Source: an uncultured Flavobacteriales bacterium
GTDB taxonomy: Bacteria; Bacteroidota; Bacteroidia; Flavobacteriales_D; Crocinitomicaceae
DNA: 64,000 nt
Direction of reading: 5' to 3'
Assembly: GCA_903860985.1 (NCBI GenBank)
Contig: CAIOSO010000149.1
Span: 236 to 64,235 of the forward strand
Shown one piece after another: positions 50,182 through 60,382 of this stretch. Position 1 is the stretch's first letter, and every line of letters begins with the position of its first letter. Made by a program: the position numbers and the translations under genes. The notes under the pieces are model-generated. The model saw only the letters and a list, made by a program, of their open reading frames with translations. It had not been told where the DNA came from and did no database searches.

Positions 50182-51248
50182 AAACGGACTCACAAAATAT
50201 TTTAATCATTGGCGCAGGTCTTGCCGGAACATGCTTGGCTCATCAGCTATTAGGAAAAGGACACCAAGTTCAATTAATAGATAAAGGCGTGAATCATTCT
50301 ACAGCCATTGCCGCGGGGATGGTCAATCCTATGGTATTTAGAAGAATGAATAAATCTTGGCGTTTGGATGAATTTATGAAGGATGCCACCACTTTTTATC
50401 TTCACATGGAGAAAGAACTGGGACACGCATTATTTCATCCGATTGCCATCCGCCGAATGCTTTCATCTGAACAGGAACGAAACTATTGGATTGAACGCTC
50501 AAAACTGCCTGAATACCAAGATTATTTAACAGAACTAACACCAGAAGACGAAAGGTATTCCCTTGCTGAAAATCAATTTGGCAGCGGACGGCTGAAATCA
50601 TCTTTTTGGGTGGACGCAAAAACGTATTATGAGCAAAACCTTCGCTATTTCGACGCAAAAGGAAATCTGTTCAAAGAGGATTTCGACCCCCTAAGTTTTG
50701 ATGAAAACACCCTCAAATACAAAGGAATAACATACGACAAAGTGGTATTTGCAGTTGGGTATCAACAGATGAATACACCCTTTTTTCAAGAGTTACCTAT
50801 TCAACAAACAAAAGGACAAACAATCCGGATTCATTCAGCGGAAATTCCGGAAAATGAATCCCTCAACCGAAAATGTTTTGTGTTGCCACTAGGGAATAAA
50901 ATTTTTCGAATAGGAGCAACCTACGAGTGGGATAATCCAGATTTAACGCCAACGGAAGAGGCCAAACAAGAGTTAGTAGGACACCTAAGCGTATTGGGAA
51001 ATTATTCCTACGAAATCCTTGATCAGCAAGTGGGTGTGCGTCCAACCGTTTTGGATCGAAGACCTATTTTAGGGGAACACCAAAGGATTAAAAACCTGTA
51101 TTTATTCAATGGATTAGGAACGAAGGGATACTTAATGGCACCGACTTTAGCGAGGGAATTAAGCGATTTCATGTTTGACGGAATTCCGCTAGACAAGGAA
51201 ATATCGATCGATCGATTTTACAAAAAAGTAAGCGCGGTAAATAGTTGA
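50178..51248 (+). CDS. FAD-dependent oxidoreductase (DAO/glycine-oxidase-like)
   Basis: ILIIGAGLAGTCLA dinucleotide motif. 4-nt overlap with comF. Confidence 0.8.
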   Translation: MKTDSQNILIIGAGLAGTCLAHQLLGKGHQVQLIDKGVNHSTAIAAGMVNPMVFRRMNKSWRLDEFMKDATTFYLHMEKELGHALFHPIAIRRMLSSEQERNYWIERSKLPEYQDYLTELTPEDERYSLAENQFGSGRLKSSFWVDAKTYYEQNLRYFDAKGNLFKEDFDPLSFDENTLKYKGITYDKVVFAVGYQQMNTPFFQELPIQQTKGQTIRIHSAEIPENESLNRKCFVLPLGNKIFRIGATYEWDNPDLTPTEEAKQELVGHLSVLGNYSYEILDQQVGVRPTVLDRRPILGEHQRIKNLYLFNGLGTKGYLMAPTLARELSDFMFDGIPLDKEISIDRFYKKVSAVNS

Positions 51249-51336
51249 TACCATGTTACTCGTCGTTTGATAAATTTTTCTCGGGATAATCCTTAAGATA
51301 CATCACATGTAAGGCATTAAATCAATGGGAAAGTCG

Positions 51337-51344
51337 TATTTTTG
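51337..51344 (+). promoter_or_regulatory. Candidate -7 promoter box (TATTTTTG) for lepA
   Basis: Exact TAnnTTTG, 8 nt before the lepA ATG. Confidence 0.3.
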
Positions 51345-51352
51345 TTGCCGCT

Positions 51353-53149
51353 ATGAATCACATTCGAAACTTCTGCATTATTGCACACATCGACCACGGT
51401 AAAAGTACCCTCGCCGATCGCTTACTTCAAACTACTGGAACGATTTCCGACCGAAATATGAAGGCTCAGGCTTTGGATGACATGGACCTGGAACGCGAGC
51501 GTGGAATCACCATTAAAAGTCATGCCATTCAAATGAGTTATACTTTTGAAGGCAATGAATATATCCTGAATTTAATTGACACTCCGGGACACGTTGATTT
51601 CTCTTATGAAGTTTCGCGTTCAATCGCCGCATGCGAAGGAGCTTTATTGATTGTTGATGCATCTCAAGGAATAGAAGCACAAACGATATCAAATTTATAT
51701 TTGGCATTAGAACACGATTTGGAAATTATTCCAATCCTCAATAAAATGGATTTGCCTGGTGCGATGCCTGAGGAAGTCTCCGATCAAATCATGGAATTAA
51801 TCGGCTGTGATTTAGAAGACATTATTCAAGCATCGGGAAAAACAGGGCTTGGTGTCGATGCTATATTGGCCGCTGTTGTGAACAAAATTCCAGCTCCTAA
51901 AGGAGATGAGTCAGCGCCATTGCAAGCCATGATTTTTGACTCCGTCTTCAATCCATTTAGAGGAATTATCGCTTATTACAGAATAAAAAATGGGGTATTG
52001 AGAAAAGGACAAAAAGTTCGTTTTCTGAATACAGGCAGAGATTATAACGCCGATGAAATCGGGATCTTAAAAATGGAACTTTCGCCACGAAATGAAGTGA
52101 GAGCGGGGGACGTAGGATATATCATCTCGGGGATCAAGCAAGCAAACGAAGTGAAGGTAGGAGACACCATTACCGACACAGAAAATCCCTGCGAAGTTCC
52201 AATCAAAGGATTTGAGGATGTTAAACCAATGGTCTTTGCCGGAATTTATCCAGTCGACAATGAAGATTATGAGGAGCTGCGCTATTCCATGGAAAAATTG
52301 CAACTCAACGACTCATCGTTAGTCTTCGAACCTGAATCTTCAGCTGCGCTTGGATTTGGTTTCCGTTGTGGATTCCTTGGAATGCTTCACATGGAGATCA
52401 TTCAAGAACGTTTGGAGCGCGAGTTTAATATGACCGTTATCACAACGGTTCCCAACGTATCTTACAAGGCCTTCATGAAAAAAGACCCAGAGGACGCCTT
52501 GATTGTAAACAATCCGTCTGAACTTCCTGATCCGTCTGGAATGGAACGAATTGAAGAACCATACATTAAAGCGCAAGTCATCACGAAAACAGAATATGTA
52601 GGTGCAATTATGACCTTGTGTATTGAAAAGCGTGGTGAATTACAAAATCAAGTCTACTTGACACAAGACCGTGTGGAAATTACCTTTGAAATGCCTTTGG
52701 CTGAAATTGTCTTCGACTTTTATGACCGTTTGAAGTCCGTTTCCCGAGGCTACGCATCGTTTGATTACCATCCAATAGGGTATAAAGAGTCCGATTTGAT
52801 CAAAATGGACCTCTTGTTAAATGGGGAGCAAGTAGATGCACTATCTGCATTGGTTCACCGTAGCAACGCCTATGATCTTGGAAAACGCATTTGTGTCAAA
52901 TTGCGCGAATTAATTCCAAGACAACAATTTGAAATTCCGATTCAAGCTGCCATTGGCGCTAAAGTAATCGCTCGTGAAACCATCAAAGCCTTGAGAAAAG
53001 ACGTCACAGCAAAATGTTATGGTGGAGATATTTCGCGTAAACGTAAATTATTAGAGAAACAAAAAGCAGGTAAAAAACGTATGCGCCAAGTGGGACGAGT
53101 GGAAGTTCCTCAAGAAGCGTTTTTGGCTGTATTAAAATTAAACGACTAA
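51353..53149 (+). CDS. lepA: Translation elongation factor 4
   Basis: 598 aa. [20 protein letters not shown]...DTPGHVDF...NKMD G-motifs and the LepA C-terminal domain. Confidence 0.97.
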   Translation: MNHIRNFCIIAHIDHGKSTLADRLLQTTGTISDRNMKAQALDDMDLERERGITIKSHAIQMSYTFEGNEYILNLIDTPGHVDFSYEVSRSIAACEGALLIVDASQGIEAQTISNLYLALEHDLEIIPILNKMDLPGAMPEEVSDQIMELIGCDLEDIIQASGKTGLGVDAILAAVVNKIPAPKGDESAPLQAMIFDSVFNPFRGIIAYYRIKNGVLRKGQKVRFLNTGRDYNADEIGILKMELSPRNEVRAGDVGYIISGIKQANEVKVGDTITDTENPCEVPIKGFEDVKPMVFAGIYPVDNEDYEELRYSMEKLQLNDSSLVFEPESSAALGFGFRCGFLGMLHMEIIQERLEREFNMTVITTVPNVSYKAFMKKDPEDALIVNNPSELPDPSGMERIEEPYIKAQVITKTEYVGAIMTLCIEKRGELQNQVYLTQDRVEITFEMPLAEIVFDFYDRLKSVSRGYASFDYHPIGYKESDLIKMDLLLNGEQVDALSALVHRSNAYDLGKRICVKLRELIPRQQFEIPIQAAIGAKVIARETIKALRKDVTAKCYGGDISRKRKLLEKQKAGKKRMRQVGRVEVPQEAFLAVLKLND

Positions 53150-53159
53150 ATCTATACCT

Positions 53160-53594
53160 ATGAATTCTATTTTAAATCACACGCACTCAGGCTTACGTTG
53201 GATAGCACTTATGTTAATTCTTTGGGCGATTGCGAATGCATTCACGGCGAAAACCTATGAAAAGAAACACAAGATGATCAATTTGTTCGCTTTGATTACG
53301 ATGCATACGCAATTACTAATTGGATTAGTACAATATTTCTTTACCTCCTCGAAAACCAATTTTTCCGCAGGTTGGATGAAAGTGGAATTGTATCGTTTTT
53401 TCGGCATGGAGCATTTGTTAGGAATGTTAATTGCCATTGTATTGATTACTATGGGGTATAGCAAATCCAAAAAAGCAGCGACGGATGCAGAAAAATTCAA
53501 AAAAATCAAAGTGTTTTACCTGATAGGATTCATTTTGATAGTAGCGTCTATTCCCTGGCCATTCCGAACAGCACTTGGTGGATCATGGTTCTAA
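53160..53594 (+). CDS. Four-helix membrane protein with conserved histidines, function unknown
   Basis: 144 aa, hydrophobic. Overlaps the downstream cytochrome c gene by 10 nt. Confidence 0.6.
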   Translation: MNSILNHTHSGLRWIALMLILWAIANAFTAKTYEKKHKMINLFALITMHTQLLIGLVQYFFTSSKTNFSAGWMKVELYRFFGMEHLLGMLIAIVLITMGYSKSKKAATDAEKFKKIKVFYLIGFILIVASIPWPFRTALGGSWF

Positions 53595-53920
53595 CACGCA
53601 TACTCTTTATTCTGTTTTTAGCAGGACTAACTTCCTGTGGCAACGATAAAGCGTCAAGTAACAACGAGTCTTTACCCATTGAAACGCCTGCGGAAAAAGG
53701 TGCTTCATTGTATACCGTAAACTGTGCAAGTTGTCATGGTGAAGATGGAAAAATGGGAGCGTCGGGAGCGAAAGATTTGTCCGAATCTCGTTTAAGTGAC
53801 AAACAGATAAAAAAGATACTACAAAACGGCAAAAATGCCATGCCCCCCATGTCCGCAATTTTGGAGAATAAAGAAAACATGGAGCTGGTTACCCAGCACA
53901 TTAAAACATTAAGAAAATAA
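53585..53920 (+). CDS. Class I c-type cytochrome lipoprotein
   Basis: Lipobox LTSC, CASCHG heme-binding motif, distal Met region (NAMPPM). Confidence 0.85.
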   Translation: MVLTRILFILFLAGLTSCGNDKASSNNESLPIETPAEKGASLYTVNCASCHGEDGKMGASGAKDLSESRLSDKQIKKILQNGKNAMPPMSAILENKENMELVTQHIKTLRK

Positions 53921-55110
53921 TGCAAGAAGGCCACGTAACAGTAGATGCAGTTGAGGAATCTTGTATTTTAGTTGGTGTGATTACGTCGGAAATCGATGAG
54001 GTCATTGCCAATGAACACCTGGATGAACTCGAATTTCTAGCGGAGACGGCTGGCGCGATGACGCACACAAAATTTTTGCAAAAGCTTCCTTATCCGAATC
54101 CAAGAACATACGTCGGCTCTGGTAAACTAGAGGAAATTAAACAATACATGAAGGCGATGGACATCGATATGGTCATTTTCGACGATGAGTTGTCCCCTTC
54201 ACAATTACGGAATATTGAACGCGAGTTGGAATGTAAAGTCCTGGATCGCACCATTCTTATTTTGGATATTTTCGCTAGTCGTGCACGCACCTTTCACGCG
54301 AAAACACAAGTGGAACTTGCTCAACTTCAGTATATGCTTCCACGCTTAACCCGCATGTGGACACACTTGGAGCGTCAAAAAGGAGGGATTGGATTGCGTG
54401 GTCCCGGAGAATCTCAAATTGAAACAGACCGCCGAATCATTCAAATGCGCATTTCCTTAATGAAGGAAAGATTAAAGGACATTGACAAGCAAATGTCCAT
54501 TCAGCGTGGCAACCGAGGACAACTAGTCCGTGTAGCTTTGGTAGGATATACCAATGTAGGTAAAAGTACCTTGATGAATTTGTTGTCTAAATCGGAGGTC
54601 TTTGCTGAAAACAAATTGTTTGCTACTTTGGACACCACCGTTCGTAAAGTGGTGATTGATAATATGCCGATGCTCTTAACAGATACGGTTGGATTTATCC
54701 GAAAGCTTCCTCAGCAATTGATGGAATCGTTTAAGTCGACATTAGATGAAGTTCGCGAAGCTGATTTGCTCATTCATGTATTGGACATCTCTCATCCAAA
54801 TTTCGAAGATCAGTTTAATGTCGTCAATGAGACATTAAACGAAATCGATAAAACGGAGAAACCAACCATTGTTGTGTTCAATAAAATTGATGCTTATCAG
54901 CCAGCTTTAAATGAAATGAACGAGGAAGAGGAGGATGTCACCACCTTGGAATCACTCAAAAAATCATGGATGGCAAAAATGAACAAAACAAAATGTGTGT
55001 TTATTTCTGCTGAAAACAAAGAGAATGTGGAAGAATTAAAGGAAGTACTTTATGAAGAGGTGAAAACAATCTTTCGTGTCCGCTATCCGTACAATAATTT
55101 CTTGTACTAG
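53920..55110 (+). CDS. hflX: GTPase HflX
   Basis: 396 aa. Contains the HflX N-terminal domain, the GESQIETDRR motif and the G motifs (GYTNVGKSTL, DTVGF, NKID). Its ATG overlaps the cytochrome c stop (TAATG). Confidence 0.94.
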   Translation: MQEGHVTVDAVEESCILVGVITSEIDEVIANEHLDELEFLAETAGAMTHTKFLQKLPYPNPRTYVGSGKLEEIKQYMKAMDIDMVIFDDELSPSQLRNIERELECKVLDRTILILDIFASRARTFHAKTQVELAQLQYMLPRLTRMWTHLERQKGGIGLRGPGESQIETDRRIIQMRISLMKERLKDIDKQMSIQRGNRGQLVRVALVGYTNVGKSTLMNLLSKSEVFAENKLFATLDTTVRKVVIDNMPMLLTDTVGFIRKLPQQLMESFKSTLDEVREADLLIHVLDISHPNFEDQFNVVNETLNEIDKTEKPTIVVFNKIDAYQPALNEMNEEEEDVTTLESLKKSWMAKMNKTKCVFISAENKENVEELKEVLYEEVKTIFRVRYPYNNFLY

Positions 55111-57248
55111 TCTACCACTAATTCTAAGTCAATCTGACGTTTTTTAGGATTTACTTTTGCGATTTTTACACGTACTTTATCTCCGAAATTAAATGCTTTT
55201 CTAAAGCGCGCCCCCGTAATTTTAAAGTTGTCTTGGTCGAAATAATAACGGTCTCCTGGAATTTCTGACATTGGCACCATTCCTTCACAGTGATTTTCGT
55301 CCATGCGTACATACATGCCATGTTCAGCGATTCCAGATATTGTTCCCTCAAATACCTCCCCTAAGTGATCCAACACAAATAAGGTCTGGAAATACTTTGT
55401 GGATTCTCTTTCCGCTTCTGCTGCTTTGCGTTCATTTTTGGAGATACGCGTACAAATGGCTTTTAATTCACCCCCATATTTATGCTGCTTACTCGTAAGT
55501 TCTTCTTGCAGAATTCGATGAACCACTAAATCTGCATAGCGTCTAATCGGCGAGGTAAAGTGGCTATAAAATTTAAATGCTAGTCCGTAATGACCAATGT
55601 TTTCAGTCTCATAAGAAGCTTTTGCCATGGAACGAATAGCCATAGATTGCACAAGTGAGAATTCGTTTTCTTCGCGAATCTCTTCAAACAGTGCATTCAA
55701 ATTTTTCGCAATTGATTTCGTATCATGCAAATCTATTTTGTGTCCAAATTTTTCAATGAACACAGAGAAAACATCCATTTTTCCAGGATCTGGGGAATCG
55801 TGAACACGGTAAATCATTGGAAATGGGTCCCTGCCTTTCTCGGGCTTCGACAAGAAGGTGGCTACTTTACGGTTCGCAAGCAACATGAATTCTTCGATTA
55901 ATTTATGTGCATCTTTCGACGTTTTAATCACTACTTCTGACGGATGACCCGTATCATTTAATCGAAAGCGCATTTCTTCTGATTCAATACTTAACGCACC
56001 ATCTTTTAAACGTTGTTTCCTTAAGATATGCGCAACTCCATTCAGTTTTCGAATGATTATTTGGTGGTCTCCCTCTTTTCCTTCAATGATTTCTTGCGCC
56101 TCTTCATAGGTAAATCGACGGTCCGAATGGATTACGCCTTTTCCATACCATTCCTGATAAACCTTCCCTTTCTCATCCATTTCAAATACGGCAGAGAAGG
56201 TGTATTTATCTTCTTTTGGCCTTAAGGAGCAAGCAATATTGGATAATTGTTCCGGCAACATCGGGATGACACGATCCACCAAATAAACGGAGTTCGATCG
56301 GAGCAAGGCCTCTGCATCCATGGCAGTACCTGGACGAACATAATGACTTACATCTGCAATATGAACACCAAGTTCATAATGTCCATTTTCTAATTCATGG
56401 TACGAAATAGCGTCATCGAAATCACGTGCATCGAAAGGATCTATGGTGAATGTCAAGGTGGACCTAAAGTCCCGACGTGTTAATATTTCCTTATCATCAA
56501 GTTCAACAGGAACCCGTTCAGCTTCTTCTAAAACGGCGTCTGGAAAAATTGGGTTTATCCCTTGGTTATATAAAATAGAAAGCATTTCTGTGTCATTGCT
56601 TCCCGGCAGGCCTAAAATGGCGACTACTTCGCCAAATGGTTTTTCGGCAGATTTAGGCCATACAGTAATTTTTACTAATGCTTTTTCACCATCACGTGCA
56701 CCATTTAGGTGTTCTTTTGCGACACGAATTTCTAAGCCGCTGCGATTATTGTCAGGGATTAGCACTGCATTTTTATCACCATACATAATGGTTCCCACAA
56801 ATTGAACGCGTTCTCTTTCTTTGATTTCAACGACCGCTCCCTCGTCTCTATTTGGTCCAGATTTAAAGACCCGAACTTTCACGGTATCTCCATTTAATGC
56901 CTGACCAATGTTTTGAGGTGCAATGAAAACATCTTTGTCTTTTCCTTCTACCACAACAAATCCTGCTCCACGTTGCGTCAATTGAATCACTCCCTCTACA
57001 AGGTTAGACCCGCCGTTGAGGCAGAAGGTGAAGTGGTTTACTCGCTTAATAGCATTTTTGGTTGCTAAGGCATTTAATCCCTCGAACACAACTTGGCGAC
57101 TCATTGGATCACGAGCCTCTACCATCGTACAGATTTGTTGGTGGGTTAATTCAACTCCAGGGTGTTTTTCGAATAAGCGAATTAAAATCGCATGCATACC
57201 CGACTTTTTTTTCCCGTGAGCTGGGTTTGAATTCCTTTTTTTGGACAT
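55107..57248 (-). CDS. rnr: Ribonuclease R
   Basis: 713 aa. RNB catalytic domain (FTIDPFDARDFDDA), cold-shock-like OB folds and a C-terminal S1 domain. Confidence 0.94.
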   Translation of the reverse strand: MSKKRNSNPAHGKKKSGMHAILIRLFEKHPGVELTHQQICTMVEARDPMSRQVVFEGLNALATKNAIKRVNHFTFCLNGGSNLVEGVIQLTQRGAGFVVVEGKDKDVFIAPQNIGQALNGDTVKVRVFKSGPNRDEGAVVEIKERERVQFVGTIMYGDKNAVLIPDNNRSGLEIRVAKEHLNGARDGEKALVKITVWPKSAEKPFGEVVAILGLPGSNDTEMLSILYNQGINPIFPDAVLEEAERVPVELDDKEILTRRDFRSTLTFTIDPFDARDFDDAISYHELENGHYELGVHIADVSHYVRPGTAMDAEALLRSNSVYLVDRVIPMLPEQLSNIACSLRPKEDKYTFSAVFEMDEKGKVYQEWYGKGVIHSDRRFTYEEAQEIIEGKEGDHQIIIRKLNGVAHILRKQRLKDGALSIESEEMRFRLNDTGHPSEVVIKTSKDAHKLIEEFMLLANRKVATFLSKPEKGRDPFPMIYRVHDSPDPGKMDVFSVFIEKFGHKIDLHDTKSIAKNLNALFEEIREENEFSLVQSMAIRSMAKASYETENIGHYGLAFKFYSHFTSPIRRYADLVVHRILQEELTSKQHKYGGELKAICTRISKNERKAAEAERESTKYFQTLFVLDHLGEVFEGTISGIAEHGMYVRMDENHCEGMVPMSEIPGDRYYFDQDNFKITGARFRKAFNFGDKVRVKIAKVNPKKRQIDLELVVD

Positions 57249-57306
57249 AGCACGAAGTTAGACAATAATATTGTCTGAAGTGTGCGAAAAGATTTAAAGT
57301 AACAAT

Positions 57307-58059
57307 TTAGTGACGAACCACTAATTTTTTGGTAATGGTTTTACCGTTTGCTGTTTCAAAAAGCAGAAAATAAATGCCATTGTTAAAATCACTTACATTT
57401 ATTTTTTTGTTTCCGTGAATGACTTCTTTCATGAGCACATTTCCAACAGCATCCATCATTTTAAGGGTGGATTGATCCATTCCGGCTAATTGAATCGTTA
57501 CATATTCCGTACTTGGATTCGGGTAGATCGTAACGCTTGCCTCTTCCTTTATTGGTTTTACAGAAGCTAAATAATCTACGACAACATCGATTGAATCGCT
57601 GTAAGAAATGCCGTTTGTTGAAATGTAATATCTGTAGTGACCGCTTCCATAAATGCCGTCAGCTGGGTCAACAGAAGCCTTTAATTTTCCGTATTCACCA
57701 TCGTTGATCGTAAATAATACAGCTTGCGCGCCAGGTGTCGTCCACGGATTTGTATTCATTTGTGCAGAAGAATAACAAGTGCCCCCAAAAGGATCGGTGG
57801 CGTGCCCCCAACACAATGCATCGGTCCAACCAGCCGGAGCGTCAATGCGCAAACGGGTAACTCTCCAATCTCTTGGTGCGCCTGTGTGGTTTTCCACATC
57901 AAGTGGAATATCAAAAGACGTGTTTGATGGCGCAACAACGTTGTAAGTAGCTCCGGACAAGTCCGTGGTTTGTCCATCAACGTGGATCACGATGCCATTT
58001 TGTGCGATTGAAATTGCGCTTGAGGAAAGTGCTATAACGAGAAATAAAGACTTTATCAT
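57307..58059 (-). CDS. Secreted protein with a T9SS type A (Por_Secre_tail) C-terminal sorting domain
   Basis: Signal peptide. The C-terminal ~75 aa, VTIYPNPSTEYVTIQL...GIYFLLFETANGKTITKKLVV, matches the TIGR04183 pattern. Confidence 0.8.
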   Translation of the reverse strand: MIKSLFLVIALSSSAISIAQNGIVIHVDGQTTDLSGATYNVVAPSNTSFDIPLDVENHTGAPRDWRVTRLRIDAPAGWTDALCWGHATDPFGGTCYSSAQMNTNPWTTPGAQAVLFTINDGEYGKLKASVDPADGIYGSGHYRYYISTNGISYSDSIDVVVDYLASVKPIKEEASVTIYPNPSTEYVTIQLAGMDQSTLKMMDAVGNVLMKEVIHGNKKINVSDFNNGIYFLLFETANGKTITKKLVVRH

Positions 58060-58140
58060 GGAGTATCAGTTTCCTCAAAAATAAGGAATTTTCCCTAAAT
58101 TTCAAAATTGATCAAAGTTTTTCAGGTCTCGGTTTTTTTA

Positions 58141-58148
58141 TACCTTTG
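58141..58148 (+). promoter_or_regulatory. Candidate -7 promoter box (TACCTTTG) for the tlpA-like operon
   Basis: Exact TAnnTTTG, 47 nt upstream of the ATG at 58196. Confidence 0.35.
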
Positions 58149-58195
58149 AGTTCGGCAAGGTTTTTGAATGGCCGTGTCAAAAAAATGATAAAACG

Positions 58196-58711
58196 ATGAA
58201 AACAATTCTTACTCTTGCTTTGGTGTTAATTACTGGTATAACTGCTTTTTCGCAGGACATCCACACTACGGAAAACCAATTAAAAAAGTTGCCTTCAGTG
58301 AATTTGAAAGACATCAATGGGAAATCAGTGAATACAGCAACAATCGATGTTAAAGGACCCATCATCATCAGTTTTTGGGCCACATGGTGTGCACCCTGTA
58401 AAAAAGAACTCAACACCATTCATGAATTATATGAAGACTGGCAAGCGGAAACAGGCGTAACATTGGTAGCCGTATCGATTGATGACGAAAAAACCAAAAG
58501 TCAAGTTCCAGTTTATGTGAATGGAAAAGCCTGGGATTATATGGTCTTAATGGACCCAAATGGCGACTTTAAACGAGCAATGGGTGTTAACAATGTGCCA
58601 CATACTTTCCTAATTGACAAGGAAGGAAATATTGTCTATTCTCATAATAACTATGCCCCAGGGGATGAAGATAAATTGTACAAAGAATTGCTTCACCTAA
58701 GCGGAAAATAA
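58196..58711 (+). CDS. TlpA-family periplasmic thiol:disulfide oxidoreductase
   Basis: 171 aa with a signal peptide and an IIISFWATWCAPCKKE thioredoxin motif. Confidence 0.88.
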   Translation: MKTILTLALVLITGITAFSQDIHTTENQLKKLPSVNLKDINGKSVNTATIDVKGPIIISFWATWCAPCKKELNTIHELYEDWQAETGVTLVAVSIDDEKTKSQVPVYVNGKAWDYMVLMDPNGDFKRAMGVNNVPHTFLIDKEGNIVYSHNNYAPGDEDKLYKELLHLSGK

Positions 58712-58716
58712 TCGTA

Positions 58717-60381
58717 ATGAAAAGAATACTATTTCTCCTAACTGGTTCACTTCTGTGTTTTTATGGTTTTTCTCAAGGTTCTGTCACGGGAAACATCGAA
58801 AGCACCTTCCAATATTTAAATGCCGATTCCATCATTGATGCGAAACAACCTGCTCAAAAGGGCCTGCTGAACTCTTATATGAACGTCTATTACACTCAAG
58901 GAAATTTCAAAGCAGGGATGCGTTTAGAATCTTATTTACCAAGGATTCAAGGCTATCCAAACCGCTTTGATGGTACGGGAATTGGCATGCGCTATATCGG
59001 GTATTCCAATGGTTTTGTGGATGTTACATTGGGTTCGTTTTACGAGCAATTTGGCTCCGGGCTTTCGTTTAGAGCCTATGAGGACAGAGCATTAGGATAT
59101 GACAACATGATGGATGGGGCAAGAATCATTGTTCGTCCGAAAACAGGAATTGTGATAAAAGGTGTTTATGGTACACAAAGGTTGTCCTTTCAAGGCGGAA
59201 GCATCATCCATGGAGCTGGAATTGTTCGTGGTATCGATGGAGAATTTCACCTGAATGAAGGGATTAAAAAAATGAATGAATTTCCGTTGGATGTTGTTTT
59301 AGGTGCTTCATTTGTGAGCAAATTCCAAGAGGATAAAAACCCAGATTTGATATTACCTCAAAATGTAGCGACTTATGGTGGACGCCTGAAATTGCGCTAT
59401 AAAAACTTCTACGGAGACATAGAGTATGTTCAAAAAGAACAAGACCCTTCTAGTGATAATAATTATATCTACAATTACGGTCACGCTTCTGTTTTCAATG
59501 TGAGTTATACGCGTAAAGGACTAGGAATTTTAGTTTCTGGAAAATCGGTTGATAACATGAGCTACCGTTCCGACCGAACGAAAGATTTGCAGGATGTTTT
59601 CGTGAACTATTTGCCGTCTTTAAACAAAACACACACCTACAATTTAGTAGCGACATTATATCCATATGCTACACAGCCGATGGGAGAAGTAGCTTATCAA
59701 ACGGATGTTTTATATACGTTTAAAAAGGGCACAAAACTAGGCGGAAAATACGGTACGACAGTAGGCGGAAACTTCTCTACGACCTTTCGACCACAGAGAA
59801 GCACAAGCGGAATCAATCCATTGGACTCTACAGGAGTCACTTATGTGTGTCGTCCGTTTCATGCGAGTGACAGTATGTATTGGCAGGATATGAACGTTAA
59901 TATCACCAAAAAAATAAATAAAAAATTCAGTACAATATTCAGCTTCTATTCCATTAAAATCAACAATGATGTCATAAAAATATCGAATGATTCTCATGGC
60001 ATCATTCATGCGAATATTGGGGTTGGAGAGTTCTCCTACAAGTTCAACTCTAAACACTCTCTTCGAACAGAAGTACAAGGATTGTTTGTTCAAAAAGAAA
60101 ATGGCTTGATAAAAGACAAAGGAAATTGGGCAACCTTATTATTAGAGTATTCCATTTCACCAGGCTGGTTTTTCAGTTTTATGAATCAATATAACTATGG
60201 AAATCCAGATGTAAACAAACGCGTGAATTACCCAATTTTAACTTGCGGATATATCCGCGACGCAACACGTTTCACGGTTTCCTATGGTCGTCAACGAGCT
60301 GGATTATTTTGTGTTGGAGGTGTATGTCGATTTGTTCCCGCATCTAATGGTTTAACACTTAGCTTTACCCAAAGTTTTTAG
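58717..60381 (+). CDS. Predicted outer-membrane beta-barrel protein (DUF6029-like)
   Basis: 554 aa with a signal peptide, alternating beta-strand pattern and a C-terminal aromatic residue (…LSFTQSF). DUF6029 assignment is from memory of this conserved neighbourhood. Confidence 0.6.
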   Translation: MKRILFLLTGSLLCFYGFSQGSVTGNIESTFQYLNADSIIDAKQPAQKGLLNSYMNVYYTQGNFKAGMRLESYLPRIQGYPNRFDGTGIGMRYIGYSNGFVDVTLGSFYEQFGSGLSFRAYEDRALGYDNMMDGARIIVRPKTGIVIKGVYGTQRLSFQGGSIIHGAGIVRGIDGEFHLNEGIKKMNEFPLDVVLGASFVSKFQEDKNPDLILPQNVATYGGRLKLRYKNFYGDIEYVQKEQDPSSDNNYIYNYGHASVFNVSYTRKGLGILVSGKSVDNMSYRSDRTKDLQDVFVNYLPSLNKTHTYNLVATLYPYATQPMGEVAYQTDVLYTFKKGTKLGGKYGTTVGGNFSTTFRPQRSTSGINPLDSTGVTYVCRPFHASDSMYWQDMNVNITKKINKKFSTIFSFYSIKINNDVIKISNDSHGIIHANIGVGEFSYKFNSKHSLRTEVQGLFVQKENGLIKDKGNWATLLLEYSISPGWFFSFMNQYNYGNPDVNKRVNYPILTCGYIRDATRFTVSYGRQRAGLFCVGGVCRFVPASNGLTLSFTQSF

Positions 60382-60382
60382 T

